Origin: a virus
IMG/VR virus record: IMGVR_UViG_3300030060_008394
Location: 11,594 to 75,593 of that record
Reading direction: 5' to 3' (one strand)
DNA: 64,000 nt
The translations under genes were made by a program, and so were the position numbers. The notes beneath the pieces were generated by a model. It did no database searches and was not told the DNA's origin. It saw nothing but the letters and a program-made list of their open reading frames with translations. Shown here in pieces: positions 9,961 to 19,644 of this stretch (position 1 is the stretch's first letter; each line of letters starts with the position of its first letter).

Positions 9961-10868
9961 ATAAAAGAGCATTAGTAACAGGTGGGGCCGGGTTTATTGG
10001 GTCAAATTTAGTTGATCAGCTTATTGCTGACGGCTACGAAGTAGCAATCATTGATAATGAGAGCTCTACAGTAAATGCGGAGTTTTATTGGAATGATAAA
10101 GCCGAAAAACATCTTATAAATATAACAGATCAAAGAGAATGTAGTAAGATTTTTTCTAAATTTAAACCAGATTATGTATTTCATTTGGCTGCTCATTCGA
10201 GAATACCGGTAGCAATTAAAAACCCTATTCAATCTTGTGATGTTAATGTGGTTGGTACTTGTAATATGTTACAACAAAGCAGAGAGCATGGTGTAAAGAG
10301 ATTTATGTTCTCGTCAACATCTTCTGTTTATGGTTTAGCAAATGAATGCCCATTAAAGGAAGATATGCCTAGAGATTGTCTTAATCCTTACTCTGTATCA
10401 AAAGCTGCGGCGGAAGAATTATGTAAAATGTATTATAATTTATTTGATCTTGAGACAGTTATATTTAGATACTTTAACGTATACGGTGAGCGCCAACCCC
10501 TAAAAGGCCAATATGCACCTCTCATTGGTATTTTTCAGAAACAAAAAGAATCCGGATTGCCAATGACAGTTGTTGGTGATGGTGAACAGCGAAGAGATTT
10601 TACATACGTTAAGGATATTGTAAAAGCTAATATACTAGCTGCAGAAAGTGATAATGTAGATATTATAGGAGAAATATTCAATGTAGGCTCTGGTGTAAAT
10701 CATAGTGTACTCGACGTGGCAAATATTATTGAAGGTGAGACTGAGTTTATTCCTGATAGACCGGGTGAAGCTAGAGAGACATTAGCTGATTTAACAAAGA
10801 GTAGAAAACTTCTTGGTTACGAGCCGAGCGTTAAATTAGAAGATTGGATTAAGTCTTATGAAACTTAA
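9957..10868 (+). CDS. NAD-dependent nucleotide-sugar 4-epimerase (GalE/WbpP-like)
   Basis: VTGGAGFIGS, SSTSSVYG, PYSVSK, RYFNVYG, RDFTYV. Confidence 0.85.
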   Translation: MNKRALVTGGAGFIGSNLVDQLIADGYEVAIIDNESSTVNAEFYWNDKAEKHLINITDQRECSKIFSKFKPDYVFHLAAHSRIPVAIKNPIQSCDVNVVGTCNMLQQSREHGVKRFMFSSTSSVYGLANECPLKEDMPRDCLNPYSVSKAAAEELCKMYYNLFDLETVIFRYFNVYGERQPLKGQYAPLIGIFQKQKESGLPMTVVGDGEQRRDFTYVKDIVKANILAAESDNVDIIGEIFNVGSGVNHSVLDVANIIEGETEFIPDRPGEARETLADLTKSRKLLGYEPSVKLEDWIKSYET

Positions 10869-11682
10869 AGTAGGTATTGTAGGTCATGGCTTTGTAGGCA
10901 AAGCAGTTGATTATGGATTTTCAAATAATGTTAAAAAGAAACTAATTGATCCAAATTATAAAACAACATGTGAGGATTTACTATCTTTTCAACCGGATGT
11001 TGTTTTTATATGCGCTCCTACACCTATGGGAAATGATGGTAGTATTGATGCATCAATAGTAGAGCAATGCTGCGTAGATGTAAACGAATTTACTAATGCA
11101 TTAATTGTTTTAAAGTCAACAGTAACACCGGATATTGCAGGTAGGCTATCAGATAAATTTAAGGAATTTGTTTATAATCCGGAATTCTTAACTGAAAAGA
11201 ATGCTAATGAAGATTTTGTAAATCAATTCATGCTTGTATTGGGTGGTACTGGACATAATACAGAAGAACTTTTAGATATATATAACGAATATAGCATATG
11301 TCGTCCTTGTCCTGTCTTTCATATGTCGGCTACTGAAGCTGCATTTGTAAAATATAGCATTAATACTTTTTTAGCTACAAAGGTTACGTTCTTTAACCAA
11401 ATGTATGATATAGCAAAAGAGCATGGAGCTAATTACAACGCAATTATTAGTGCTGTAGGATCTGATCCGAGAATCACACACTCACATACAACAGTTCCAG
11501 GATTTGATAATAAGCGTGGATTTGGTGGTGCATGCTTTCCAAAAGATACAGCAGCGTTTTCTGCTTTCGCAAAGCATTTTTCTATTCTTAATGAATCTAT
11601 ACAAATTAATAATGAATATAGAAAAAATTATAAGCTTGATAAAAGAGAAAAAGAGCAAAACGTTCATTATAAGCCTGTCTAA
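10858..11682 (+). CDS. Second UDP-glucose dehydrogenase family protein (short form)
   Basis: GHGFVG, FICAPTP, KSTVTP, YNPEFL, FVKYSIN, GFGGACFPKD. Confidence 0.8.
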   Translation: MKLKVGIVGHGFVGKAVDYGFSNNVKKKLIDPNYKTTCEDLLSFQPDVVFICAPTPMGNDGSIDASIVEQCCVDVNEFTNALIVLKSTVTPDIAGRLSDKFKEFVYNPEFLTEKNANEDFVNQFMLVLGGTGHNTEELLDIYNEYSICRPCPVFHMSATEAAFVKYSINTFLATKVTFFNQMYDIAKEHGANYNAIISAVGSDPRITHSHTTVPGFDNKRGFGGACFPKDTAAFSAFAKHFSILNESIQINNEYRKNYKLDKREKEQNVHYKPV

Positions 11683-11706
11683 TATTGATAAAAGGAACTA
11701 CGTAGT

Positions 11707-11712
11707 TAAATA
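11707..11712 (+). promoter_or_regulatory. T4-late-like promoter box TAAATA, 5 nt before ATG
   Basis: TAAATA-gtctt-ATG; one of 15 sites with identical spacing. Confidence 0.65.
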
Positions 11713-11717
11713 GTCTT

Positions 11718-12149
11718 ATGGCAATGGCATCAATAGATAATTTAGCGCCAACAAGGAGTTTGATTGATTTAACAAACTCTGATAAAGGTGATTTCGGACT
11801 TACCGACTACGATTTAACATTTCTTTTCGACGATATTTTGTTAATTGAATATGTTGATTTAGCAGAAAATTTTGATAGTGGAGGTGATACTATCGAACGA
11901 AACGGTATCTTAATTCCGACAAATCAAATTACTATGGCATGGCGAAAGGGTAGGGTTATTTTATCAGGTCCTGATGCTAAATATGCTAAAGAAGGTGACA
12001 TTGTTCTCTTTCCAAACAATATGGGTGTTACTATTTCTGGCGTCTCAGTTCCAGGTAAAGGGACGGTAGAAAAAGGCATCTTCTTGAATGAAGAAAGAAT
12101 GTTTGGTATCTGTAAAGAAAAAGATGATAATACAAAAGGCAGCTCTTGA
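11718..12149 (+). CDS. GroES-like co-chaperonin (T4 gp31 analogue)
   Basis: LFDDILLIE...GILIP...GRVILSGPD...KEGDIVLF...E..MFG GroES pattern. Confidence 0.6.
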   Translation: MAMASIDNLAPTRSLIDLTNSDKGDFGLTDYDLTFLFDDILLIEYVDLAENFDSGGDTIERNGILIPTNQITMAWRKGRVILSGPDAKYAKEGDIVLFPNNMGVTISGVSVPGKGTVEKGIFLNEERMFGICKEKDDNTKGSS

Positions 12150-12501
12150 CGCTCTTTTACTAGACAATGTTTGTGAAATAAGATTTGCTCGTAGAATAAT
12201 AAAACCTGGTCAAGCTCCTACGAGAAGAATGCTTTGTACGAAATCACTATCTTTACTTAATTCTGTTAACGGTAGGATTTCATTAAATTATTTTCCACCA
12301 AAAGGACCGCCAAAAGCTTATTTAGGGCCAGATAGACTAGCAGTTGCGTGGGACATAATTATGCAGGATTATAGAAATATAAACACCCTGCAATGCGATT
12401 TAATACAACAAATACCTGCTAACGACGATTTTTGGGTATATTTTAACGAGAATATATACCCAATGTCACCCGGGCAAAAATTTAATTTTATGAATTCATG
12501 A
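12124..12501 (+). CDS. Conserved T4-like hypothetical protein (DUF2693/WYL_2 SH3-like)
   Basis: NVCEIRFARR...RRMLCT...WDI..QDYRNI pattern; start moved to ATG 12124. Confidence 0.45.
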   Translation: MIIQKAALDALLLDNVCEIRFARRIIKPGQAPTRRMLCTKSLSLLNSVNGRISLNYFPPKGPPKAYLGPDRLAVAWDIIMQDYRNINTLQCDLIQQIPANDDFWVYFNENIYPMSPGQKFNFMNS

Positions 12502-12848
12502 ATGTAAGTTTAGAAAAAGTAACAGATTTTTTAAAGCCATTTTTACTACAAGATATAGTAATAAGAACAGATAAAAAAATATTAAAACGAGGTAAGCTTA
12601 AAATTTTTCAAATTAAGCAATATTATATAAATTTAACTCTAGAGTTTAATGACTCAGTTAAATCTTATGAAATACCATATCCGTTTAAAATGTACCATGA
12701 AGAGGATAGAGGTATCTTAAATTATCATTTAAGCTCCTTTATACCTCAATCACAAATAACTATGGTAAAGTTTTTAGATAGTTCCTCAAAATCAAAGCTT
12801 TACGACAATCTTGTATATATATTGCCTTCTGAAAAAGCTATAGTATAA
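12498..12848 (+). CDS. Hypothetical protein
   Basis: 116-aa ORF, ATGA-coupled to the upstream gene. Confidence 0.6.
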   Translation: MNVSLEKVTDFLKPFLLQDIVIRTDKKILKRGKLKIFQIKQYYINLTLEFNDSVKSYEIPYPFKMYHEEDRGILNYHLSSFIPQSQITMVKFLDSSSKSKLYDNLVYILPSEKAIV

Positions 12849-12849
12849 T
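12822..12849 (+). promoter_or_regulatory. Sigma70-like promoter TTGCCT-N16-TATAAT
   Basis: TTGCCT 12822-12827, TATAAT 12844-12849, 5 nt before GTG 12855. Confidence 0.55.
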
Positions 12850-12854
12850 AAAGT

Positions 12855-14486
12855 GTGTTAGGTGGTTTATTAAAAGGCTTTCCGGAAGGATTTACTCCGA
12901 ACTCCGCGCAAGTTAAATTATTAAAGAATATCGATCAAGCTTTTAGTGATGGTTATAAGTTTGTAGTATGTAATGCACCGACGGGGTCAGGTAAAAGCTT
13001 TATATCAAAGACACTTGCAAACTCTTCAAAAGAACCATCAGAAAATTTTAAAGACCTCATTACGTCATATACTGCTTTTAAAATAGATCAGACTGGATCA
13101 TATACACATGAAGAAGAGTGTGAAGATGAAGATGCAACAGGTACTTTTGCTCTTACTATAACTAAAGCTTTACAAGATCAATATAAAGATCTATTTAATG
13201 ATACAACTATTCTAAAAGGTAAGAGTAACTATATCAGTACAATTGATTCTAATATCGATGTTGAGTTAGAGTCTCTCATTATGCCTAAAAACATATTAGA
13301 GGATCATAGAAGGCGTCATAAATGTCCGTATCATAATGATCGTAGAGATGCTCTTATTAATAAATTTGCTGCATTAAACTATAACATGTTCTTTTCTTTA
13401 CCTAATCATGTAAAGAAGAAACAATACTTAGTATGTGATGAAGCTGCAGAGTTAGAAGATCAGTTGGTTAAAGAGTTTTCTTGTGATATTAATTTTGAAA
13501 TATTAAAGAGAATGGATATTATGGTTCGTCCTTTCTATTCAAAAAATAATGCAAATGTAATAAAGTGGATTAATAATCTTTTACTTGACTTGAGTGATAA
13601 AATAGATCAATTACGCGACTCTATTAGTAATACAAATAACAAAAAATTTATAATAGAGACTCGACGGCAGATTGTAAGCATGAGAAACTTACATTCAAAG
13701 CTTTCGTTAATTATTGATACATGGAATGAAAGCGAGTATCTATTTGAAACAAGTAAAGAGGGAATTACCTTTATGCCCCTTAAAGTAAATAATCTTTCTA
13801 ATCATCTTTTTAAGTATGCTGATAAAGTTATATTAATGTCTGCAACTATTATTGATCCTGTAAATTTTTGTAAAACGTTAGGTATTGATAAGTTTAAATA
13901 TGTTGAAGCTGAATCATCGTTTAGTGCAGATAAAGCTCCAATTTATTGTAATACAAAAATTAAACTTAACTATCATAATTTAAAGCGAAGCTTACCGAAA
14001 ATTATTAAGCAGGTAGAAAGTATTTGCGAGCATCATAAAGAAGATAAAGGTATTATTCATACACATAATAATACTATTACTTCGTTTTTACAAAAAAAAT
14101 TATTTAATGAAAGATTTTTGTTTAGAGAGCCGGGAGTTCGAAATGAAGAAATTTTAGATATACATTTAACTAATGATAAACCAACTGTGTTAATATCTCC
14201 TTCTATGTCTCATGGTGTCGACTTAAAAGATGATCTAGCTAGATTTCAAATTATTATAAAAGCGCCTTATTTACCTACTAAAGATAAAAGGATAGAGAGA
14301 TTAATGAAGGATGATTTTAATTGGTATTCTAATAAAATGCTATGTTCAGTAATTCAGTCCTGTGGTCGTGGTGTACGATCTAAGAAAGATCATTGTATTA
14401 CATATATTTTAGATGGTGCTGTTGTTGAAAGTGTTGTAAATAATAAGCATAAACTACCAAAATATTTCATTGACAGGTTTCTGTAA
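12855..14486 (+). CDS. DinG/XPD-family SF2 helicase
   Basis: APTGSGKS, LVCDEAAE, LMSATI, GIIHT, HGVDL, IIKAPY, QSCGRGVR. Confidence 0.8.
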   Translation: MLGGLLKGFPEGFTPNSAQVKLLKNIDQAFSDGYKFVVCNAPTGSGKSFISKTLANSSKEPSENFKDLITSYTAFKIDQTGSYTHEEECEDEDATGTFALTITKALQDQYKDLFNDTTILKGKSNYISTIDSNIDVELESLIMPKNILEDHRRRHKCPYHNDRRDALINKFAALNYNMFFSLPNHVKKKQYLVCDEAAELEDQLVKEFSCDINFEILKRMDIMVRPFYSKNNANVIKWINNLLLDLSDKIDQLRDSISNTNNKKFIIETRRQIVSMRNLHSKLSLIIDTWNESEYLFETSKEGITFMPLKVNNLSNHLFKYADKVILMSATIIDPVNFCKTLGIDKFKYVEAESSFSADKAPIYCNTKIKLNYHNLKRSLPKIIKQVESICEHHKEDKGIIHTHNNTITSFLQKKLFNERFLFREPGVRNEEILDIHLTNDKPTVLISPSMSHGVDLKDDLARFQIIIKAPYLPTKDKRIERLMKDDFNWYSNKMLCSVIQSCGRGVRSKKDHCITYILDGAVVESVVNNKHKLPKYFIDRFL

Positions 14487-14503
14487 TAAATATATAAGTA
14501 CGC

Positions 14504-15718
14504 ATGAAAAACCGAGCGTTTCATTTCGAAATTAAAGACCTCCTAACACAGTTTATAGCTGCGTTTGATGATACTGTTATTAGTAGATTTAATAAAGATA
14601 GAAATCCCGGAAGCGATATTGAAGTTCGTTATGTATTTGCTCCAAAACAGAGAGTGATGTATGATATTATCAATAAAGCGCAAAATTTAACACTGCCCGT
14701 TGTTGCTGTTAACTTAACCGGTATAACAAGAGATAATGATAGGGTATTTAATAAATTAGCTCCATCATATATACCAGCACAAAAAATAGAAAATCCAAAA
14801 TCCGCTTCGAAGTTCTTAATGCCCGTTCCGGTTAATTTAGAAGTTAGTATGTCAATTCTTGCGAGATATATGCAAGATGTGGATCAGATTGTATCAAACT
14901 TTGTACCGTATAATAACCCATATATTATACTTACTTGGGAAGTCCCAGCTGACTTTGGAGCTCAATATCCGCAAGAAATAAGAAGTGAAGTATTGTGGAG
15001 TGGTAATTTAGCCTATACAACGCCTACAGATACAACTTATAATGAGAAGTTCAGAGTAGTTGTTGATACATCTTTTACAATTAAAGGGTGGTTATTTCCA
15101 GAAGAAAAAAGTACTCAAGGCAGTGTTTATAAAGTTGATAATAACTTTATTGCTGTTGATTTAGCAAATAAAATTTATTCACCTCTTGATCCAACCTTAC
15201 CAGTAAGAGATAACACGTACCAGGAATTAGGTTACTCGAGTCTTTCAAGCTTTAATGCAAATGTACCGACAAATTATACTGAAACAGTAACCGTTTCAGG
15301 CATACCAGAGTTTACCAATATTTTTTATTCAACAACCGGAACTTATTATCCGCTTAACAATTATCCTCAAGGTACTGTTACAAATATTTTATCATGTACA
15401 AATCCAAGCAGTACAAATAATAATTTTATTCTTTATGGTAAAAGATTAGATGCAAATAATAAATTTTATTTAAGCTCTTACGTGACTAACTTCTTTACTA
15501 ATTTTACAGCGATAACTTCAGCTAAGAATCCAACTATTAGTGGATACGAACTTAGTGAAGATTTTTATAAGGTTGTTAATGATAATGTGGTTAATTTCTT
15601 CTTTCCCTTATCTTCTCTCAGCGCTGCTAAGGCTGGTGAGTTTACAATCATCACTGGTAACGAGGCTGGGTGGGCAACTTCCTACCAAGCCAGTAGCTCT
15701 ATCCTTAAATTAACATAA
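14504..15718 (+). CDS. gp15: T4 gp15-like tail completion/sheath stabiliser with C-terminal extension
   Basis: EVRYVFAPKQR, LTLPVVAVNLTGITRDNDR, PVPVNLEVSMSI, FTIKGWLF. Confidence 0.7.
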   Translation: MKNRAFHFEIKDLLTQFIAAFDDTVISRFNKDRNPGSDIEVRYVFAPKQRVMYDIINKAQNLTLPVVAVNLTGITRDNDRVFNKLAPSYIPAQKIENPKSASKFLMPVPVNLEVSMSILARYMQDVDQIVSNFVPYNNPYIILTWEVPADFGAQYPQEIRSEVLWSGNLAYTTPTDTTYNEKFRVVVDTSFTIKGWLFPEEKSTQGSVYKVDNNFIAVDLANKIYSPLDPTLPVRDNTYQELGYSSLSSFNANVPTNYTETVTVSGIPEFTNIFYSTTGTYYPLNNYPQGTVTNILSCTNPSSTNNNFILYGKRLDANNKFYLSSYVTNFFTNFTAITSAKNPTISGYELSEDFYKVVNDNVVNFFFPLSSLSAAKAGEFTIITGNEAGWATSYQASSSILKLT

Positions 15719-15728
15719 ATATATATAA

Positions 15729-17543
15729 ATGCCTGGATCCGGATCATCAACAAGCTCAGACCAAAATCGCTCTTACGTGACAAATGACGGTCGTGCATCA
15801 ACTTTTGGAAGAAGTTTAATACAGTACATCCAAAATAGGCTACCGTATGCTACAGATGGCCGCGGAGAAAATGATGCATTAAACCCAAAATATAAATTCT
15901 TTCAGAAAGCAGGAATGCGTAGAGCAGAGGCGTTAGCTAAAGCCTCTATCTCCTCTTCTAACCCTTATAATAATATACCTATAGGCGATTTTGCTAAAGA
16001 CTCATCTTTTGGTGATGTCATGTATGCTAACATACAGGATGATAAAGCTGGTAGACTTCGTGATTATAGAATAATGGCAGCTTATTCTGAAATCTCCGAC
16101 GCATTAGATGAAATATGCGATGAGATGATTAACCCCGATGAAACTGGGTGGATTACAAATCTAAACTATAAAGATATTGATTTAACAATAGATGAAAAAG
16201 CTGAAGTAGAAAAACAATTTCATAGGTATGTTGAATATTACGATCTTAAAAATAAAGGTTGGCAATATTTTCGACAAATGATGGTTGAAGGGGAGGTTTT
16301 CTTTGAACAAATAATTCATGAAGGTTACGTAAAGGACGGTGTATTAGGTGTTATTAACTTACCAGCTGAAATTATAGACCCAGTGTATAATAATATACAA
16401 AATATGCTTGTTAAGGGGTATATATATAGAAAGCCAATTTTTAGCCCATCACAACCGCAAAAGGTAGAAAAGATTGAGTTTATACCAATGGATCAAAACC
16501 AGATTATGTATGTTAATTCTGGAGTATATAACGAAACAAAAAACTTTATTATACCTTTCTTAGAGAATGCTAGACGACCTTATAGACAATTATCATTAAT
16601 TGAAGATGCAATTGTTATCTATAGATTGGTTAGAGCGCCAGAAAGACTAGTCTTTAACGTTGATGTTGGTAATATGCCTCCGCCAAAAGCTGAAGCATAT
16701 CTTAAAAAATTAATACAACAATATTGGTCAAGGAAGACCTTTGACATGGATCAAGATGATGTTGTTAAAAAGTTTAATCCTCAATCTATGCTTGACGCAT
16801 TTTGGTTTGCCAAAAGGCAAGGTTCAGAGGGTACTGACGTTAGACAGTTAGCCGGTGGTCAAAATTTAGGTGAGTTATCTGATCTAATGTATTTTATTAA
16901 AAAGCTTTATAGAGCTCTTAAAGTACCGACAGCGAGATTAGATCCACAAGATCAAGTTGAAGCTTCTGGAACATCAATCTTAAGAGAGGAACTTAAGTTT
17001 GCGCGATTTGTAATAAGACAACAACAAAGGTTTGCAGCTGGTCTCAAAAAAGGATTTATTACCCATCTCACGCTAATGGGTATTTTTGAAAAATTAGAGC
17101 TTAATGAACAAAATTTAGAGATTGAGTTTAATGTACCTACTAATTTTTACGAGCTTAGAGAAAATCAAAGACTTGAACTTAAGTCTGGAAACTATACTAA
17201 CTTAGCTGGTAATGAATTTGTATCTGCAACATACGCGCAGAAAAAATATCTTGGATGGAAAGATAAGGATATTCTAGCTAACAGGGAATTCTTAAGAAAA
17301 GATGCTGAGCTTCAGTGGGAGTTAGCTCAAATTACTGCTGCTGGCCCTGCATGGAAAGAGCAAGCATTAGCGGGTGAATTAGCTGAAGGTGACGCAGCTG
17401 CTGTCGGCGGTGAAGGAGCTGGTGTAGGTGGAGGCGGTGGTGGTATACCAGAGTTTGGAGGAGGTCCAGCGGATACAGGAGAGGCTGATACAGAGGAAGT
17501 CGCAGAAACTGAAGTTGAAGTAGAAGAGCCGGCGGAAGTTTAA
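15729..17543 (+). CDS. gp20: Portal protein (T4 gp20)
   Basis: EISDALDEI, QLSLIEDAIVIYRLVRAPERLVFNVDVGNMPPPKAE, KKLYRALKVP, ILREELKF. Confidence 0.95.
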   Translation: MPGSGSSTSSDQNRSYVTNDGRASTFGRSLIQYIQNRLPYATDGRGENDALNPKYKFFQKAGMRRAEALAKASISSSNPYNNIPIGDFAKDSSFGDVMYANIQDDKAGRLRDYRIMAAYSEISDALDEICDEMINPDETGWITNLNYKDIDLTIDEKAEVEKQFHRYVEYYDLKNKGWQYFRQMMVEGEVFFEQIIHEGYVKDGVLGVINLPAEIIDPVYNNIQNMLVKGYIYRKPIFSPSQPQKVEKIEFIPMDQNQIMYVNSGVYNETKNFIIPFLENARRPYRQLSLIEDAIVIYRLVRAPERLVFNVDVGNMPPPKAEAYLKKLIQQYWSRKTFDMDQDDVVKKFNPQSMLDAFWFAKRQGSEGTDVRQLAGGQNLGELSDLMYFIKKLYRALKVPTARLDPQDQVEASGTSILREELKFARFVIRQQQRFAAGLKKGFITHLTLMGIFEKLELNEQNLEIEFNVPTNFYELRENQRLELKSGNYTNLAGNEFVSATYAQKKYLGWKDKDILANREFLRKDAELQWELAQITAAGPAWKEQALAGELAEGDAAAVGGEGAGVGGGGGGIPEFGGGPADTGEADTEEVAETEVEVEEPAEV

Positions 17544-17884
17544 CGAGCAGGATTGCTACTAAAAAACTGAGTTCTATAATAAACCATACCGGCGCCTGCA
17601 GCATATGCAGAGACTTGATTAACGTTAGTTAAGCCTCTAAAAGTAAAGGTATCGTTATTGGCAAGTAACAGCCCATGGTCATCTTTGGAAAATTTTTGAT
17701 CGGTTATTGTTAAGTTACCACCGGTTTTATTTACTATAATAACTTCTGAGCAAGGTTGACCGGCTCCATTTTCATCTCCGGATAAACAGGTTAAAGTTGT
17801 AGCTGCAAGGTACATATTAAATGTTCTACATTGATTTATATTGTAATATGTACTTCCCGCATTAGATGTTGGTGTTGTCGCCAT
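17540..17884 (-). CDS. Hypothetical small late protein (possibly structural)
   Basis: 114-aa ORF with TAAATA (17890-17895, minus) 5 nt before its ATG; convergent with the portal gene. Confidence 0.65.
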   Translation of the reverse strand: MATTPTSNAGSTYYNINQCRTFNMYLAATTLTCLSGDENGAGQPCSEVIIVNKTGGNLTITDQKFSKDDHGLLLANNDTFTFRGLTNVNQVSAYAAGAGMVYYRTQFFSSNPAR

Positions 17885-17889
17885 ATATT

Positions 17890-17909
17890 TATTTATGCCT
17901 GAATAAATA
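17890..17909. promoter_or_regulatory. Back-to-back TAAATA late boxes
   Basis: Minus box 17890-17895 (start 17884) and plus box 17904-17909 (start 17915), each 5 nt from its ATG. Confidence 0.7.
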
Positions 17910-17914
17910 ATTTT

Positions 17915-19195
17915 ATGGCACTTGCATGCAATATTAAACCACTTTCTGCATTTTTATCAACAAATTTAAATAGCAAGATTAAAACATACGATCAACTTGG
18001 TGATAGAATTAAAAGATCTCTAGGTTATCCTTTAATAAGTTTAGAAATACACACTGATCAACTTAGACAAAACGTACAAATAGCAATTGAATACTTTACA
18101 AAATACGCTGGTTATACTAGAGAGTATTTAATATTTGATTCAGATATGTATGAAACTAATAAAGGTATTAGATTAGATTTTCTTTATACACTAGCCAATA
18201 CGGATTTAGATACCAAAGTAAAGCAAGTAGCTGGTACTAACCCGCTGGGCCCGGGCCCAGAATTCTATGGATCGCAACCACCAAATCTATTAAGCGGTGC
18301 TAAAGGATCTCAAGGAGCTGGTGGTACGGGTAACCCGCAAACTAATTTACCTTCTGTATATGTTGCAATGTCGTCATTAAGCGCAACTGAGTTTGTTGGC
18401 GCGCCACATGGCGGTGGAATTAATACTTTGTCTGCACTTTTTGCTACTGTAACTGCAGGATCAGTAGCAGAGCCATCAGCTCTTGGCGCAGGTATAGATG
18501 CATTCCAAGTGTTTGATACATCTCTATATCAAGATATAACATCATTTAGACCGGGTCTTAGTGCATTTTTTAAAGCTTCGCCGAAACAAACAATAACCTT
18601 AGAAGGCGTGGAAACTGAAGCTCTCTATTATCAAAATGTATTTGATTACGATGTTATGGAATATAGAAAAGTTGTTGATGTTATAGACTTTGAAGAAGGT
18701 ACAACAACCGGTATCAATACACTATTTACTTTAGAGCAAACACTAGCACAGCAAACATACTTTAGTTATGCCTTAGGAAATTATGGCTTTGATCTTGTAT
18801 CCTGGTATACTCTTAAAGAATGGATAGATACAAGAGAAAAATTATTAGCAATTCGAAGAGACATAAAATTTGATCCTAGAACACAATATATGCAAATGTA
18901 CCCCCAACCCGGTGGTGATAGATTTTATGGAGTACTTGGATGTTATCTCGAAAAACCTATAAGAGACGTTATTATGGAGCAGTGGGTGTATGAATATGCT
19001 CTTGCGCTAAGTATGATAACTATTGGACGTGTTAGAGGTAAGTTCGGTAATGTACAATTATTAGGGGGCGGGGCATTAAACTATGATATGCTTCAAGAAG
19101 GTCTAGATAAAAAAGCTGAACTTGAAAATAAACTACTAGAAGGAGCATCACCTGGACTAGGCGATACGGAACCACCAATGTTCTTTGTAGGATGA
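17915..19195 (+). CDS. gp13: Neck protein (T4 gp13-like) with a large Gly/Ser/Ala-rich insertion
   Basis: RSLGYPLISLEI...QNVQIAIEYF..Y N-terminus; WVYEYALAL..IGRVRGKFGNVQLLGGGALN C-terminus. Confidence 0.8.
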   Translation: MALACNIKPLSAFLSTNLNSKIKTYDQLGDRIKRSLGYPLISLEIHTDQLRQNVQIAIEYFTKYAGYTREYLIFDSDMYETNKGIRLDFLYTLANTDLDTKVKQVAGTNPLGPGPEFYGSQPPNLLSGAKGSQGAGGTGNPQTNLPSVYVAMSSLSATEFVGAPHGGGINTLSALFATVTAGSVAEPSALGAGIDAFQVFDTSLYQDITSFRPGLSAFFKASPKQTITLEGVETEALYYQNVFDYDVMEYRKVVDVIDFEEGTTTGINTLFTLEQTLAQQTYFSYALGNYGFDLVSWYTLKEWIDTREKLLAIRRDIKFDPRTQYMQMYPQPGGDRFYGVLGCYLEKPIRDVIMEQWVYEYALALSMITIGRVRGKFGNVQLLGGGALNYDMLQEGLDKKAELENKLLEGASPGLGDTEPPMFFVG

Positions 19196-19632
19196 GGAAG
19201 AAGTGGCGGCAAGGTGTCTTTACTCCAACTAATTCTGAAAAATTTATTGGCTCAAAAGCAGTATATAGATCGGGATTAGAATTAAAGTTCTTTAGATTTT
19301 GTGATACAAATCCAAATGTTTTAAAATGGGGTAGTGAAAACGTTGTTGTTCCTTATAAAAGCCCTCTTGACAATAGAGTACACAAATATTATGTAGATAA
19401 TTTTGTTTCTATAAAGGAAGGTAATGAGGTAATAAACTATCTTGTTGAAATAAAACCATCAAAACAAACAAAACCACCTCAAACAAAGTATAGAAAGAAG
19501 CAACATTTGATATATGAACAAAAAATGTTTATAACAAATCAAGCAAAATGGAAAGCAGCTCGGGAATATTGTAAAAAATCCGGGTTTACCTTCATAATTA
19601 TTACAGAAAAGGAGCTTTATCGTAAGGGGTGA
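19192..19632 (+). CDS. gp4: Head completion nuclease (T4 gp4-like, TnsA-type PD-(D/E)xK)
   Basis: YRSGLE..F..FCD.NPNVLKWGSE.VVVPY.SP.D..VHKYYVD...EIKP..QT..P. Confidence 0.9.
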   Translation: MRKKWRQGVFTPTNSEKFIGSKAVYRSGLELKFFRFCDTNPNVLKWGSENVVVPYKSPLDNRVHKYYVDNFVSIKEGNEVINYLVEIKPSKQTKPPQTKYRKKQHLIYEQKMFITNQAKWKAAREYCKKSGFTFIIITEKELYRKG

Positions 19633-19644
19633 CTAAATAATAAT

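Noticed and set aside
19192-19632. TnsA-like transposase or homing endonuclease
   Set aside because: Motifs and position between gp13 and gp21 fit T4 gp4 head completion protein; no transposon ends or partner genes
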